Assembly: GCA_038087875.1 (NCBI GenBank)
Contig: CM075989.1
Span: 8,744,001 to 8,808,000 of the forward strand
Reading direction: 5' to 3'
Origin: Malacoraja senta
Lineage: Eukaryota
DNA length: 64,000 bases
Below, piece after piece: positions 1-12,024 of the stretch (position 1 is the stretch's first letter; each line of letters starts with the position of its first letter). Made by a program: the position numbers and the translations under genes. The notes beneath the pieces were generated by a model, which saw nothing but the letters and a program-made list of their open reading frames with translations, had not been told where the DNA came from and searched no databases.

Positions 1-1431
1 TGGTATATTGTGTCAAACACTTTAGGATGCTCGAAAATGAATGCATTTCGTTACTGACACCTATTTTCAAAAACAAATTCCAGAGGGATGCACTTTTGGA
101 CACAGCACAGAATTATAAAGACCAACAAAAATGACTACTGCCCATCGTAGGTTATGTAGCACACCAAATGGGAGTGTTGTAGATGTGATACCTGAGAATG
201 GAAAGGGGAGGTTGTGTGTGTGTGTGTGTGTGTGTGTGTCCTATTCCAACCATTTCATTATTGACCCCTACCCTGACCACCCTCCCTCCCTGTGGCCACT
301 GCTCTTTGCACCCCCAAACCACTTCCAAGTCAGGGTATTCCCAAAATACAAAGAGAGACACAAAAAGCTGGAGTAACTCAGCGGGACAGGCAGCATCTCT
401 GGGGGAAAGGAATGGGTGCCATTTCGGATCGAGACCCTTCTTCAGACCAGAAACGTCACCCATTCCTTCTCTCGAGAGATACTGCCTGTCCCGCTGAGTT
501 ACTCCAGCTTTTTGGGTCTGTCTTCGGTTTAAACCAGCATCTACAGTTCCTTCTTGCACAAATCCCCCAAATACATTCTCTTCAATCTACCTGGCTCAGT
601 TCTACAGCCATCAGCCATCCCAATCCTCCATTTGTTTGCTACCAAACCTTACTATTTTTACAAGTATTTAACATAGAATAAATTCAGACCACTCTATGCA
701 CTAGGTGACTGTAATCTCCTCCAGGTTCTATAAATGCAATTAAAGGGACCCCCCTGCCCTGGAAATATATCGTCAATCCTTCATCATCACTGGGTCTAAA
801 TCCTGGATTGCTCTCCCAAGAGCACTGTGGCAGCACCTTCACCAGAAGGACTGCCATGGTTGAAGAAGGTGGATCACCAGCACCTTCTCGAGCAACTTGA
901 GATGGGCAATAAATGCTGGTTTTTCCACTGATGCCCACATCCCAGAGAGGAATGAAAACTGAGGGTACACTCGTGAGCTCATGTACATATGCTCTGCTCC
1001 ACCACGCAGAGACTGAGTGTGTGTCAGGGAGAAAAACGTTTGAGGCTTGTATCTAACACTCACGAACCCCCCTTGCCTCCTCAATGCAAGGTTGGTGTGG
1101 TCATGCTTCACTGACCCAATATTTGCACATTGTTACCCAATGGTTTTGTCAAGACTGCTTCCACCAGCTGGATGGGGAGGTGAGGTTGTTCCCTCCCACA
1201 GAGGGAAGGATTAGTCGACGGCAAGATACATCAACGACCCATTTAACGGGCTTGGATAAATCACACAGGTCTCCTGGCATTTTGGAATCTCGTGAACTCT
1301 CAAAGATAGGTACTGACACGTCCGATTCTATTAGTAGTTGTGATGGTTTACAATGACGTTATTATCTATGTACTGCACAGTGAGAGCCAAACTTTCATTT
1401 GATGTGCACATTCCCTCGTTCTGTTTGAAGA

Positions 1432-1631
1432 NNNNNNNNNNNNNNNNNNNNNNNNNNNNNNNNNNNNNNNNNNNNNNNNNNNNNNNNNNNNNNNNNNNNN
1501 NNNNNNNNNNNNNNNNNNNNNNNNNNNNNNNNNNNNNNNNNNNNNNNNNNNNNNNNNNNNNNNNNNNNNNNNNNNNNNNNNNNNNNNNNNNNNNNNNNNN
1601 NNNNNNNNNNNNNNNNNNNNNNNNNNNNNNN
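1432..1631. other. Assembly gap (200 N)
   Basis: Run of N. Confidence 1.
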
Positions 1632-2721
1632 AAACATTCTTGACTCTATTGACTTGACTATGATATTCGGCCAATCTAGGATGGTGGCGAGGGGTTTGGT
1701 GTAGTTTGCTGCTTGTCAAGATGCCAGGTGAAAGGAAGGTGAGGACAATCATGCTGTGGGGACTTGAGGTGAGACTTGCTGTAACGTTGACCCTTTCTGC
1801 CCCAACCCACGCGCCCCTGTCGACCCTCAGCCGGAGTCTGCCATCACTTCCATTACCCACACCTGGAGTCACCGGGAGTCATAGAGTTACACAGCGTGGG
1901 AACAGGCTCTTCGGCCCATCTTGCCCACACCGACCAACGTTCCAGCTACACTAATCGCACCTACCTGCCTTTGGCCCATACCCTCCAAACCTGTCCCATC
2001 CACGTGCACCTGTCTAATTGTTTGTTAAACATTGCAATTGTCTCTGCCTCAACTACCTTCTCCGGCAGCTCTTTCCATACACCCACCACCCTTTGTGTGA
2101 AAATGTTACCCCGCAGATTCCTATTAACTCTTTTCCCCTTCACCTTAAACCTATGTTCTCTGGTTCTCAATGCACCTCATCTGGGCAAGAGATTCTGTGC
2201 GTCTTCCACTTGCCTTACCAAAGCCAGTATGGCCATCATTGCGAATTAGGCCAGTCTTGGACTCACACTGATTCTATCAATCTGGATCCCATTTACCACT
2301 TGTCTACATTTGAGGAGGAAACTAAGCTCCAAATGGTGAACTTCTGGGCCTTGCTGCAGATAATCCTGGACCTGAATTAGCAAAGCAAGGAGACTTTGCG
2401 TAATGGGTGGTCCCCACTGCCAGTAAGTGTGGGCGGAGTGAGACTCTCGTGTGAGAGATAGCAGCGGCTGGGAAGGAAACAGTTTTTCTATTTATCTGTC
2501 AGTGCAGAACACAACTTGTTTTTGCTGTAATCTAACAACACTCAACCCTATCCTGATACCTTTACAGCTCAACCATTCTCCCTCAGCACAAAAAGCCGAC
2601 CTTAACCCTATGGAGGGAGAACAATTTAAATGATAACTCACAGAGTCCATGCCGACCATCCAGGCCTACCCAAGAGGTAGAAGCCTGCAGAGGCCTACTT
2701 AACATGCCGTCCGACAGTGTC

Positions 2722-3033
2722 CTTCCCAAGGTGCCACATGACAGAGGCCTACCCAAGGTGCCGTGCCACAGAGGCCTACCCAAGGTACCGTGCCACAGAG
2801 GCCTACCCAAGGTGCCGTGCCACAGAGGCCTACCTAAGGTGCCGTGCCACAGAGGCCTACCCAAGGTACCGTGCCACAGAGGCCTACCAAAGGTGCCGTG
2901 CCACAGAGGCCTACCTAAGGTGCCGTGCCACAGAGGCCTACCTAAGGTGCCGTGCCACAGAGGCCTACCTAAGGTGCCGTGCCACAGAGGCCTACCCAAG
3001 GTGCCGTGCCACAGAGGCCTACCCAAGGTGCCA
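2722..3033. repeat. 27-bp minisatellite (GCCACAGAGGCCTACCCAAGGTGCCGT) x ~11.5
   Basis: Direct inspection; gives the HRGLPKVPC periodic ORF. Confidence 0.95.
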
Positions 3034-4434
3034 TGGCCACGGTGCCCGCCCGGAGGACCTGAGGGCTCAGTGGACCGCAGAACCCGCCCAAAGGCTTGGC
3101 CGACCGCTAAACTGGGAAGCCGCCCAGAGGACCCAAAGGCTCGGTGGGACCACGTTACTGTGAGGGAGCTGCTGGAGACGTCGGATGTGAGGACCAAGAG
3201 GTGGGGAAATGGCTCCAGGGCCTTCAAGGTCGGCTGCAGGAGGCGCCCCCGGGACACAAAGATGGGCAGGCGAGGAAAGGGCCGGATGAAGAGGAAGTGG
3301 GCCGATCTGGTCGAAGGCGACAGACGAAGGCACTACAGCAGCCTTCCTGGAAACAGTAGATCGAGCGCCGGGCGGACCGGTCTTTGGACGCGTGGAAACG
3401 GCGCCAAAACATGGCTTTGTCCGCATGTGTAAATATCCAAAAAGAATTTCACTGTGCAGTTGCCACGTGTGACAAATAAAGCTCCATTGAACCACCATTG
3501 AAGCTCCCATGAACATGAATCTCACACCAAGCTTACTCTAGTCTCCCCACATTCCCATCAACCCTCAGCAGATTCCACCACTCACCACTATCCCTCTAGA
3601 GGTCATTTACAGAGGCCAATTAGGCTTCCCGTCCACAATTTGGGATTTGAGAGGAAACCAGAATTCCAGGAAATCCTGTTGATCACAGGGAGAACATACA
3701 AACAATGCTGGAGATCAGTATGAACCCTGCACTGTGGCAGCGGTGAGATAGCTGCACGTGTTACGCTGCCTTACGCGGACATAAATACAAAGAGAATCAA
3801 GGGACATAGGGTAGGTGCAAGAAAGTAGTGCTGAGGTAAAAGATCAGATCTTGAATGGGAAAGTATGCCTGACGGGCTGAATAGCCTCCTGCTGCTTCTC
3901 TATTTTGTATAATCTTACATTTTTAGCTGAAGGTTCAATGAAAAAGACAGCCTGGAGCCTTGTAAAGGACTGGGCCCTTGTGAAGGAAATAATCTCATCA
4001 TATACATTGTTGTCTCTGGAACGCCGGAGGTTGCTGGGAGACCTGATGGAAGTTTATAAAGGCATAGATAAGGTAGACAGTCAGAGTCTCTTTCCCAGGA
4101 TGGGGAAAGTCAAATACTGGAGGGAATTGCTTTAAGGTGAGAGGGGCAAAGTCTAAAGGAGATGTTTTGGGGCATGCTTTTACACAGCAGGTGGTGAGTG
4201 GCTGGAATGTGCTGCCGTGAGTGGTGGTTGAAGCAGATACGTACTGCCATTTTAACGGCTTTTGGATAGGCATATGGATATGGAGGGATACGAGTTATGT
4301 GCAGGTAGATAAGTGATGGACTTGGCACCATGTTCAGCACAAACATTATGGGACGAAGGACCTTTTCTAAGTTCTAGTAGACAGTCCAAGACAGGACGGA
4401 GCATTGGCTAAACCATTTATTTGAAACGGAGCAA

Positions 4435-4790
4435 AGTATAAACTTGTATCCTACAGCGCCTTTGTATCCTAAAGGGCTTCACAGCCAATGACACAGTTAG
4501 AGATGCCTTGTTATGGCTGACAATTTGAGCCCAGCAAGCTCCCAGAAAAAGCAATGAGATGGTGACTGCAGAAACCCTCTCACTGGCTTGATTGGAGGAT
4601 ACTCATTCCCCAAGACAATGGATTCCTCTGCTCACTTGCTCCCAGGAGACCGCTGTCTCATGGCTTAAAGGAAAGAAAGCTCCTTCAGCAATGTGCTACC
4701 CCTTCGGTGTTCCACTCGGATGCAGAGCCTCGAGTTTGTCAATCGCATCTCTGGAGTGAGGCTTGAACTCAGGGTGACCAACCTTCAAAG
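4435..4790 (-). mobile_element. Old, diverged DeuSINE-like element
   Basis: Resembles the Deu-domain consensus as I recall it (caatttg.gc.cagcaagctccca.aaa.agcaatg). Confidence 0.45.
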
Positions 4791-4939
4791 TAAGACACCT
4801 GCTATGTGCCCTCAGCCTAATGGACCCAAACTTCAGGGACAGCTTCTTCCCAGCTGTTATCAGGCAACTGCATCATCCTACCACAAACAGGGAGCGAGCC
4901 TTGAACTACTATCTACCTCATCGACGACTCTCAGATTAT

Positions 4940-5358
4940 CCTTGGCGAATCGCTTCGCCCAACACCTCCGCTCGGTTCGCAATAACCAACCTGATCTCCC
5001 GGTGGCTCAGCACTTCAACTCCCCCTCCCATTCCGAATCCGACCTTTCTGTCCTGGGCCTCCTCCACGGCCAGAGTGAGGCCCAGCGTAAAGTGGAGGAG
5101 CAGCACCTCATATTTCGCTTGGGCAGTTTACACCCCAGCGGTATGAACATTGACTTCTCTAATTTCAGGTAGTCTCACTGTCTCCTCCCCTTCTCATCTC
5201 TCCCTCAGCCCTCTGGCTCCTGCTCTTCCTTTCTTCTTCCCCGCCCCCACCCTCACATCTGTCTGAAGAAGGGTTTCGGCCCAAAACGTTGCCTATTTCC
5301 TTCTCTCCATAGATGCTGCTGCACCCGCTGAGTTTCTCCAGCATTTTTGTCTACCTCA
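4940..5358 (+). mobile_element. Penelope-like element 3' fragment (GIY-YIG C-terminus plus terminal repeat)
   Basis: RFAQHLRSV...PVAQHFN...EQHLIFRLGSLHPSGMN followed by the CTGAAGAAGGG...AAACGTT terminal motif. Confidence 0.75.
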
Positions 5359-5797
5359 GATTATCCTTGATTGGACTTTGCTGGTTTTCCCTTGCACTAA
5401 ACGTTATTCCCCTATACACGGTACATGGCCCGATTGTAATCATGTATTGTCTTTCTGCTGACTGGATAGCACGCAACAAAGCTTTTCACTGTCCCTCGTT
5501 GCCCAATAAACTAAGCGGAACTGAACTACATGCGTTGCTTTGAAATCAAGTCAGGTCAATGTTTAATGCTGTTGAATGCAGATGATCTCAGTTCCATCTT
5601 CAGGTTGGGAAAATTCACTTTATTTTATCGCCTGTGTCTTCCGGCCAAGTGTTAGTTTTCCACTTTTCTGGTTCGGGACGGGTCTGTAAAAGGTTTCTAA
5701 ATGCTCTGACTCGGGTCAGGTGTGGGCCTAAATTTAATTTTGTGCCGGAAACTGAGCCATTAATGAAACCGTATATCCAAATAACTCCGACAGCTAA

Positions 5798-6035
5798 AGG
5801 GCCTGTCCCACTTCACGACCTAATTCACGACCTTTTTTACTCGTGGACATTTTTTATCAGGCTAGAAAAAAAGCCCCGATCTCCTTGATGCCACGAGTAC
5901 CTACGACTAGCATCACGGCCTACCCACGACCTACTTACGACCTCCTACGACCTCGTGACGACCACGCTGCGAGTATGAGTCAAGGGCAAACTCGGCAGAG
6001 GTCGTGAATTAAGTCGTGAAAGTGGGACAGGCCCT
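5798..6035. mobile_element. PIF/Harbinger-type MITE
   Basis: TIR AGGGCCTGTCCCACT; flanks TAA/TTA; near-identical to 58088-58326. Confidence 0.8.
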
Positions 6036-6948
6036 TTAGCTAAACATTGTAGGTAGACAAAAATGCTGGAGAAACTCAGCAGATGAGGCAGCATCTATGG
6101 AGCGAAGGAATAGCTGACGTTTCGGGTTGAGATCCGAAACGTCACCTATTCCTTCGCTCCATAGATGCTGCCTCACCCGCTGAGTTTCTCCAGCATTTTT
6201 GTCTACCTTCGATTTTTCCAGCATCTGCCGTTCCTTCTTAAACCTAAACATTGTGGTTCTGATATGGTCAGAGATTTGCCTGTCGTAAGCACACTTAACT
6301 TTGAGACCCTGCCTAGCACGGTACAGGAGTCAGAGTGCCCCACATTCACTTGATCCTTCTTCATTAACATGAGCATCCTGAGCCATCCAACACCCAGGGC
6401 CTGCATTAATGTGATGCAAGGCGTCCAACTCGACTGCTGTTTAAAATGGTGGATGGCCGTTAACAGGAAGGGAGGTGGGGGAGGTTCTGAGGGAATCGGT
6501 AGCTGAGGTAGTGATGCGTGGACCGGCGTGGACGGGCCCGTTCTTGCTCTCAGCTCTCTTCCATTCAACCTTCAACCTCAGCAGCTACATGGGGCAAGGC
6601 TGACAAAGACACTACCTCGGAGGCACCTTGGAGTATTTAATTGAAAAACAAGGTTAAAATTCATTAGCATGCAGCACTTGTTCAAGCGGAAGCGTCTCTA
6701 GCCTGCCAAAGATGCCGCGATCTGTATACACCATGTTTAGCTCTCCAGATACCTGCTGTTAGTTGTGCGTAGGGCTAAACAGTTCGGACAAACGGACGTG
6801 GTTTCCGGTTTACCTCTCGTCTCGGGATGGTGGGGCAGGTTGGGCGGATTCAAAGGTCCTATAGCATTCTTACAATCTGCGTATAACCGTTGCTGATAAG
6901 TCAGTGACATGCCGGAGGGATGAGTTGAGGGCGGCCGGGAGCCACAGG

Positions 6949-7079
6949 TCAGGTGCTCTTTGGCACGTTCTGCAGATTCTTCAGCTCCAGTTCCAGTTGG
7001 TGTATCCGCACATCCTTCTGCATCAGTTGCTCTTCAACCTGCGGATCTCGTCTTGCTGTCGGAAGAACATTCGCAGAAG
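6949..7079 (-). CDS. CORO2B: CORO2B last coding exon, coiled coil (LLRMFFRQQDEIRRLK[E]QLMQKDVRIHQLELELKNLQNVPKST*), with a 1-bp deletion near 7030-7035
   Basis: tag| acceptor. As written the frame stops at 7023-7025; adding one base restores a 44-codon coiled-coil exon ending in TGA at 6949-6951. Confidence 0.88.
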
Positions 7080-7378
7080 CTAAGGGGGAAAATATTTGAT
7101 GGTTCAGTCACGGTAGCAAGGGGGTGGGTTAGTTTGTTCTTGGCTCATTTATATTGTTCCCCGCTGCTCCACGTCGCATTCCCTCTCTGTCCCCTTCTCT
7201 AATTGGCGTATTGTGTGCAGTTTTGGTCCCCTAATTTGAGGAAGGACATTCTTGCTATTGAGGGAGTGCAGCGTAGGTTTACAAGGTTATTCCCGGGATG
7301 GCGGGACTGTCATGTGCTGAGAGAATGGAGCGGCTGGGCTTGTAGACTCTGGAGTTTGGAAGGGTGAGAGGGGATCTT

Positions 7379-7431
7379 GGGGTGGGAGATTGCAACCTTC
7401 ACGTGGTCCGCTCTGTTTCGACGAATGCATC
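7379..7431 (+). ncRNA. Predicted minimal HDV-like self-cleaving ribozyme (copy 1)
   Basis: P1 GGGGUGG/CCGCUCU with G1.U, P2 GAUUGCA/UGCA-UC, P3 ACC/GGU, L3 UUCACGU, J4/2 C-GAA. Confidence 0.7.
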
Positions 7432-7500
7432 AACCCGGTGTGCACAATCAAATAAGTTCAAATAGAACAAGTTGTCCTACAACTTTAGGCAAGAAGAAGA
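7379..7500 (+). mobile_element. Short ribozyme-headed retroposon with (AAG)n tail, inserted in a CR1 fragment
   Basis: TSD-like agaggggatctt (7367-78) / agaggatatctt (7501-12); homologous to 40493-40630. Confidence 0.75.
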
Positions 7501-10500
7501 AGAGGATATCTTATTGAAACATATAAGATTGTTCAGGGCTTGGACACGCTGGAGGCAGGAAACATGTTCCCGATGTTGGGGGAGTCCAGAACAGGGGCCA
7601 CAGTTGAAGAATAAGGGGTAAGCCCATTTAGAACGGAGACGAGGAAACACTTTTTCTCACAGAGAGTGGTGAGTCTGTGGAATTCTCTGCCTCAGAGGGC
7701 GGTGGAGGCCGGTTCTCTGGATACTTTCAAGAAGAGCTAGATAGGGCTCTTAAAGTTAGGCGGAGTCAGGAGATATGGGGAGAAGGCAGGAACGGGGGTA
7801 CTGATTGGGGATGATCATTTATGATCACAATGAATGGCAGTGCTGGCTCGAAGGGCCGAATGGCCTACTCCTGCACCTATTGTCGATTGCCTAATTTAAT
7901 GAAACAAAGTTGAGTGCCTGGAGTAAGGGGGAACACAGCCCATGGATCTCACTTGAGGGACAATGTATGTTCAAGAATTCAAAGCGATCCTCTCTATTGC
8001 ATCGCTCCAAGCTTGGGAGACAGATCAGACCATTCAGTCAAAACAAAGTCCAATTCAGTATTACAGAGACTAAATGGAGGTGGAGATAGACAAGAAGACA
8101 ATGATGACACCTGCTGTATTTAAAGAAATACAATGCGTTCAAAGGAGGCCAGTTCTCTGGATACTTTCAAGAAAGAGCTAGATAGGGCTCTTAAAGATAG
8201 GCGGTCAGGGAATATGGGGAGAAGGCAGGAACGGGGTACTGATTGGGGATGATCAGCCATAATCATATTGAATGGCGATGCTGGCTCGAAGGGCCGAATG
8301 GCCTACTCCTGCACCTATTGTCTATTGTCTAATTACTGGTAAAACACAAAGCACTGTCCCGCTGAGTTACTCCAGCATTTTGTGCCTATCCTAAAACACA
8401 AAAACACTTGTGCTATTACACCAGGTTGTTGCTCAACCTAGCCCAATGCCAAAATAGGACCTAAACTACCTATACACACTTATGCTATAGGACAATAAAT
8501 AACTTCATTTTCAGTAATAAGCTATCTACCTGTTTAGCAAACACACACGTTAATGTTTAACCAAGAAACCCAAACCGATGCCACATGAGAGTCTAAAACG
8601 CCTTAACACTGTTAGACTACGGGACAACCTAAACTAGGCGTGTAGATGCCAGTATATCATTGGGGTTATCAGTGGGCACCTCCCTTCACTGGTCTTTCAT
8701 TGAGCTAGGCCCACAACATGCTTCTCTCCTAGGTCTACCTGCATTTCCCAATCGTTAGCTCCCCTTAGCTGACCTAACTGAAAACTTTCCTCCTCTACCT
8801 TTCTCTCCGTCACAGACAAAGTGAATCGCTACACTGAATTCACCTATGCTCTCCTCCTCTCAATAGTTGCGGCTGCACACTTCACGCCCTGGTTGTGCCG
8901 CCAAGTGCACCCACCTGGAGAACGACTAAAGTGTTAACAACACATTTTGAACCTCAGAATTCAGGCGTGCCTAAAAATAAACAATTAACCACAAAAACAT
9001 GAGCTAAAAGGAGCTGGAGCGGGCCACTCGGCCCCTCGAGCCTGTCCCACCATTCAACATGACACTGGCAGATTTGCTGGAATAACTCAGCAGGTCAGTC
9101 AGCATCTCTGGAGAAAACGAATCGGTGACGTTTTGGGTGGAGTCTGAAGAAGGGTTTGAAGTCTGGAGTCTGAAGAAGGGTTCTAATCTGAAACGTCAAC
9201 CTATTTTCTTTCTCCAGCGATGCTGCCTGACCCACTGAGTTACTCCAGCATGTTGTGTTATCTTCAGAATAAACCAGCATCTGCAGCCCCTTCCTGCACG
9301 TGGCCAGTTTTCCTGAGTCTCAACACTCTTCTGTGTCAGCTCTCATTTGATAGTTTATCCAACTCCTCTTTAATGATCCAGCCTCCCCTACCCTGTGGGT
9401 TGAGGATTCTACAGATTGCCCATTCTCTGTGAAAAGAAATGCCTATGTACCTCAATTGTGATGACCATTGCTGTATTGTAGTTACATCTCCTTGCTCATC
9501 ATTCTGCCACTTGTGGAAACATCTTAACTTCTATCTTTGGCATCTTATATGTTTCAATAACATAACCTCTCATTCCTCCAACTCCAAAGAGTGCAGATCT
9601 AACTTTTCTTCCAGTCAGTAGGTAGGGTGGTGAAGGAGGTTTGGCATGCTCAGGGAAATGAGTGGAGAAGTTTGGACATTATGGTGCAGTTGTACAAGAT
9701 GTTGGTGAGATATTGGAGTATTGGACTGAGTTTGGGTCACCCTGCTATGGGAAAGATGCCATCAAGCTGGAAAGTCTGCAGAGAAGATTTATAAGGATGT
9801 CACCAGGAGTTGAGGGCCTGAGGCAACAGGAGAGATTGGGCAGGCTAGGACTTTTATTCCATCGAGCGCAGGAGAGGTGTATAAAATCATGAACGGCATA
9901 GTTAGCACAAATGTACGCCATCTTTTTGCCATGAAGACATGAAATGGGAATCAAGAATTAAGGGAACCTCAGGAACCTGTGGGGCTAATTTTTCACCCAG
10001 AGGGTGGTGGGTATATGGGACGAGCTGCCAGATGAAGTCATTGCAGCAGGTATAATAACAATATTTTAAAAATATTTGGATGTACATGGATAGGAAAAGT
10101 TTTGAGTGAATTGTGCCAAATGGGTGGCACGGTGGCACGGTGGCGAAACGGTAGAGCTACTACCTTACGGCGCCAGAGACCCGGGTTTGATCCTGACTAC
10201 GGGTGCTTGTCTGGACGGAGTTTGTACGTTCTCCCTGTGACCTGCGTGGGTTCTCTCTGAGATCTTCGGTTTCCTCCCAAACTCCAAAGAGTTTGTAGGT
10301 TAATTAGCTTGGTATCAATGTAAAATTGTCCCTAGTGTGTGTAGGATTGTATTAATGTGCGGGGATCGCTGGTCAGTGTGGACTTGGTTTGCCGAAGGGC
10401 CTGTTTCCATGATGTATCTCTAAACTAATAAAAAATGCAGGATATTGCAGGGTAACTTAGATGAGGCATCTTGGTCGACATGGACTAGTTGGGCCGAAGG

Positions 10501-11812
10501 GCCTGATTTCTTGCTCTAGGACTATGACTGATTTGAGATAGGAATACCCTTTCAGCTCAGTGAATCTCTGTGGACTGCCTCCAATACTAGTACATCCTTT
10601 CTTAATTAAAGTGAGTAGGATTGAACCCAATACCCAAGATGTGTTCTCACCCTGTACAACTGCAACAATACTTGCTAACCACCCAAGCACCTTGCAATAA
10701 AATATGCCAACCCTAACCCTGCTAATTATTCACGTTCACAAGTTATAGGAGCGGATTTCGGCCATTCAGCCCATCAAGTCTATTCCCCCATTCAATCATG
10801 GCTGATCTCTGCCTCCTAATCCCATTTTCCTGCCTTCTCCCCATAACCCTTGACACCCGTTCTAATCAAGAATTTGTCTACCTCTGCCTTAAAAATATCC
10901 ACTGACTTGGCCTCCACAGCCTCCTGTGACAATGAGTTGCACTCATAGCTGCATCAACGTGCTAATTTAATGTTTTTCATGCACAACTACACCAAGATCC
11001 TTTGTACGTCTTTGAGCCTGTAATAGGCCCGATAATAATCATGGATAGCATGACTGGATAGCATGCGACAAAAAGCTTTTCACTGTACATCGGTACACGT
11101 GAGAACAAACGAAACTAAACTGAACTACTTCACTCATGTGCAAACTGCAAATGAAACATAACAATGACACTAAAATGAGGGTATAAGTGTGGAAAAACAA
11201 TTACTGGGATTTGACTGTTTGATTAACTAAAATCTGCATAAACTACGTTTCATTGTTTGCCGTGTTCATTGTTAACACTACTAATAACATATTATTTATC
11301 AGTCTTTTTAATAATGTAACGCTATAATTGACAACTGTCGAGTTATTTTTAAAAATAATCAGGCAATTTAAAAAAATGATTGCAAATTAATTGCTGTTTT
11401 ATTGGATTGTTCAACAAAAAATGAACCACCAGTACCGATGGGAAACTGTGGCGCAGCGGTGGAGCTGCTGCCTTACAGCGCCAGAGATCCGGGTTTGATC
11501 CTGACTATGGGTGCTGTCCGTACGGAGTTTGCATGTTCTCCCTGCGAATGAGTGGGTTTTCCCCAGGTGCTCCGGTTTCCTCCCACACTCCAAAGCCCAG
11601 CAGGTTTGTAGGTTAATTGGCTTCTGTAGTTTGTTCCTAGTGTGTGTAGGATAGAATTACTGTACGGGTGATCATCGGTTGGCGTGGACGCGGTGGGCCG
11701 AAGGCTCAGTTTCTGAGCTGTGTCTCTAAAAGGAAAACTAAAAGACTAAATATGGGGGAGGCAATGTGTGGAAGATTATGAAGCCGTAAGTTTGACTCAG
11801 AGGTTCCAGCGC

Positions 11813-11887
11813 CCACCCACACCCACACCCACACCCACAACCCACACCCACACCCACACCCACACCCACACCCACACCCACACCCAC
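11813..11887. repeat. (CACCCA)n hexamer microsatellite abutting a CORO2B splice donor
   Basis: Direct inspection. Confidence 0.95.
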
Positions 11888-12024
11888 CTCATTCTCTGTT
11901 CGAGGTGGTATGTTTTCCAATAGATCGATTCCATTCACGACCACACTTTTCTTATCCTTTTTTGGCGGCTTGAAGGCGACATTTGTGGACTTGTAACCTT
12001 CCTTCAAAGACATTAGAATCGGAT
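11888..12024 (-). CDS. CORO2B: CORO2B coding exon (D-PILMSLKEGYK...LLENIPPRTENE)
   Basis: cag| acceptor and |gtgggt donor; 137 bp. Confidence 0.93.

Noticed and set aside
2583..3432. 224/242-aa ORFs with a 9-aa periodic repeat; possible CRISPR-like array
   Set aside because: Head-to-tail 27-bp minisatellite with no spacers; it is open only because the unit lacks stop codons.
8340..9000. Atypical unique-looking sequence
   Set aside because: No recognisable ORF or motif; may be low-quality consensus.
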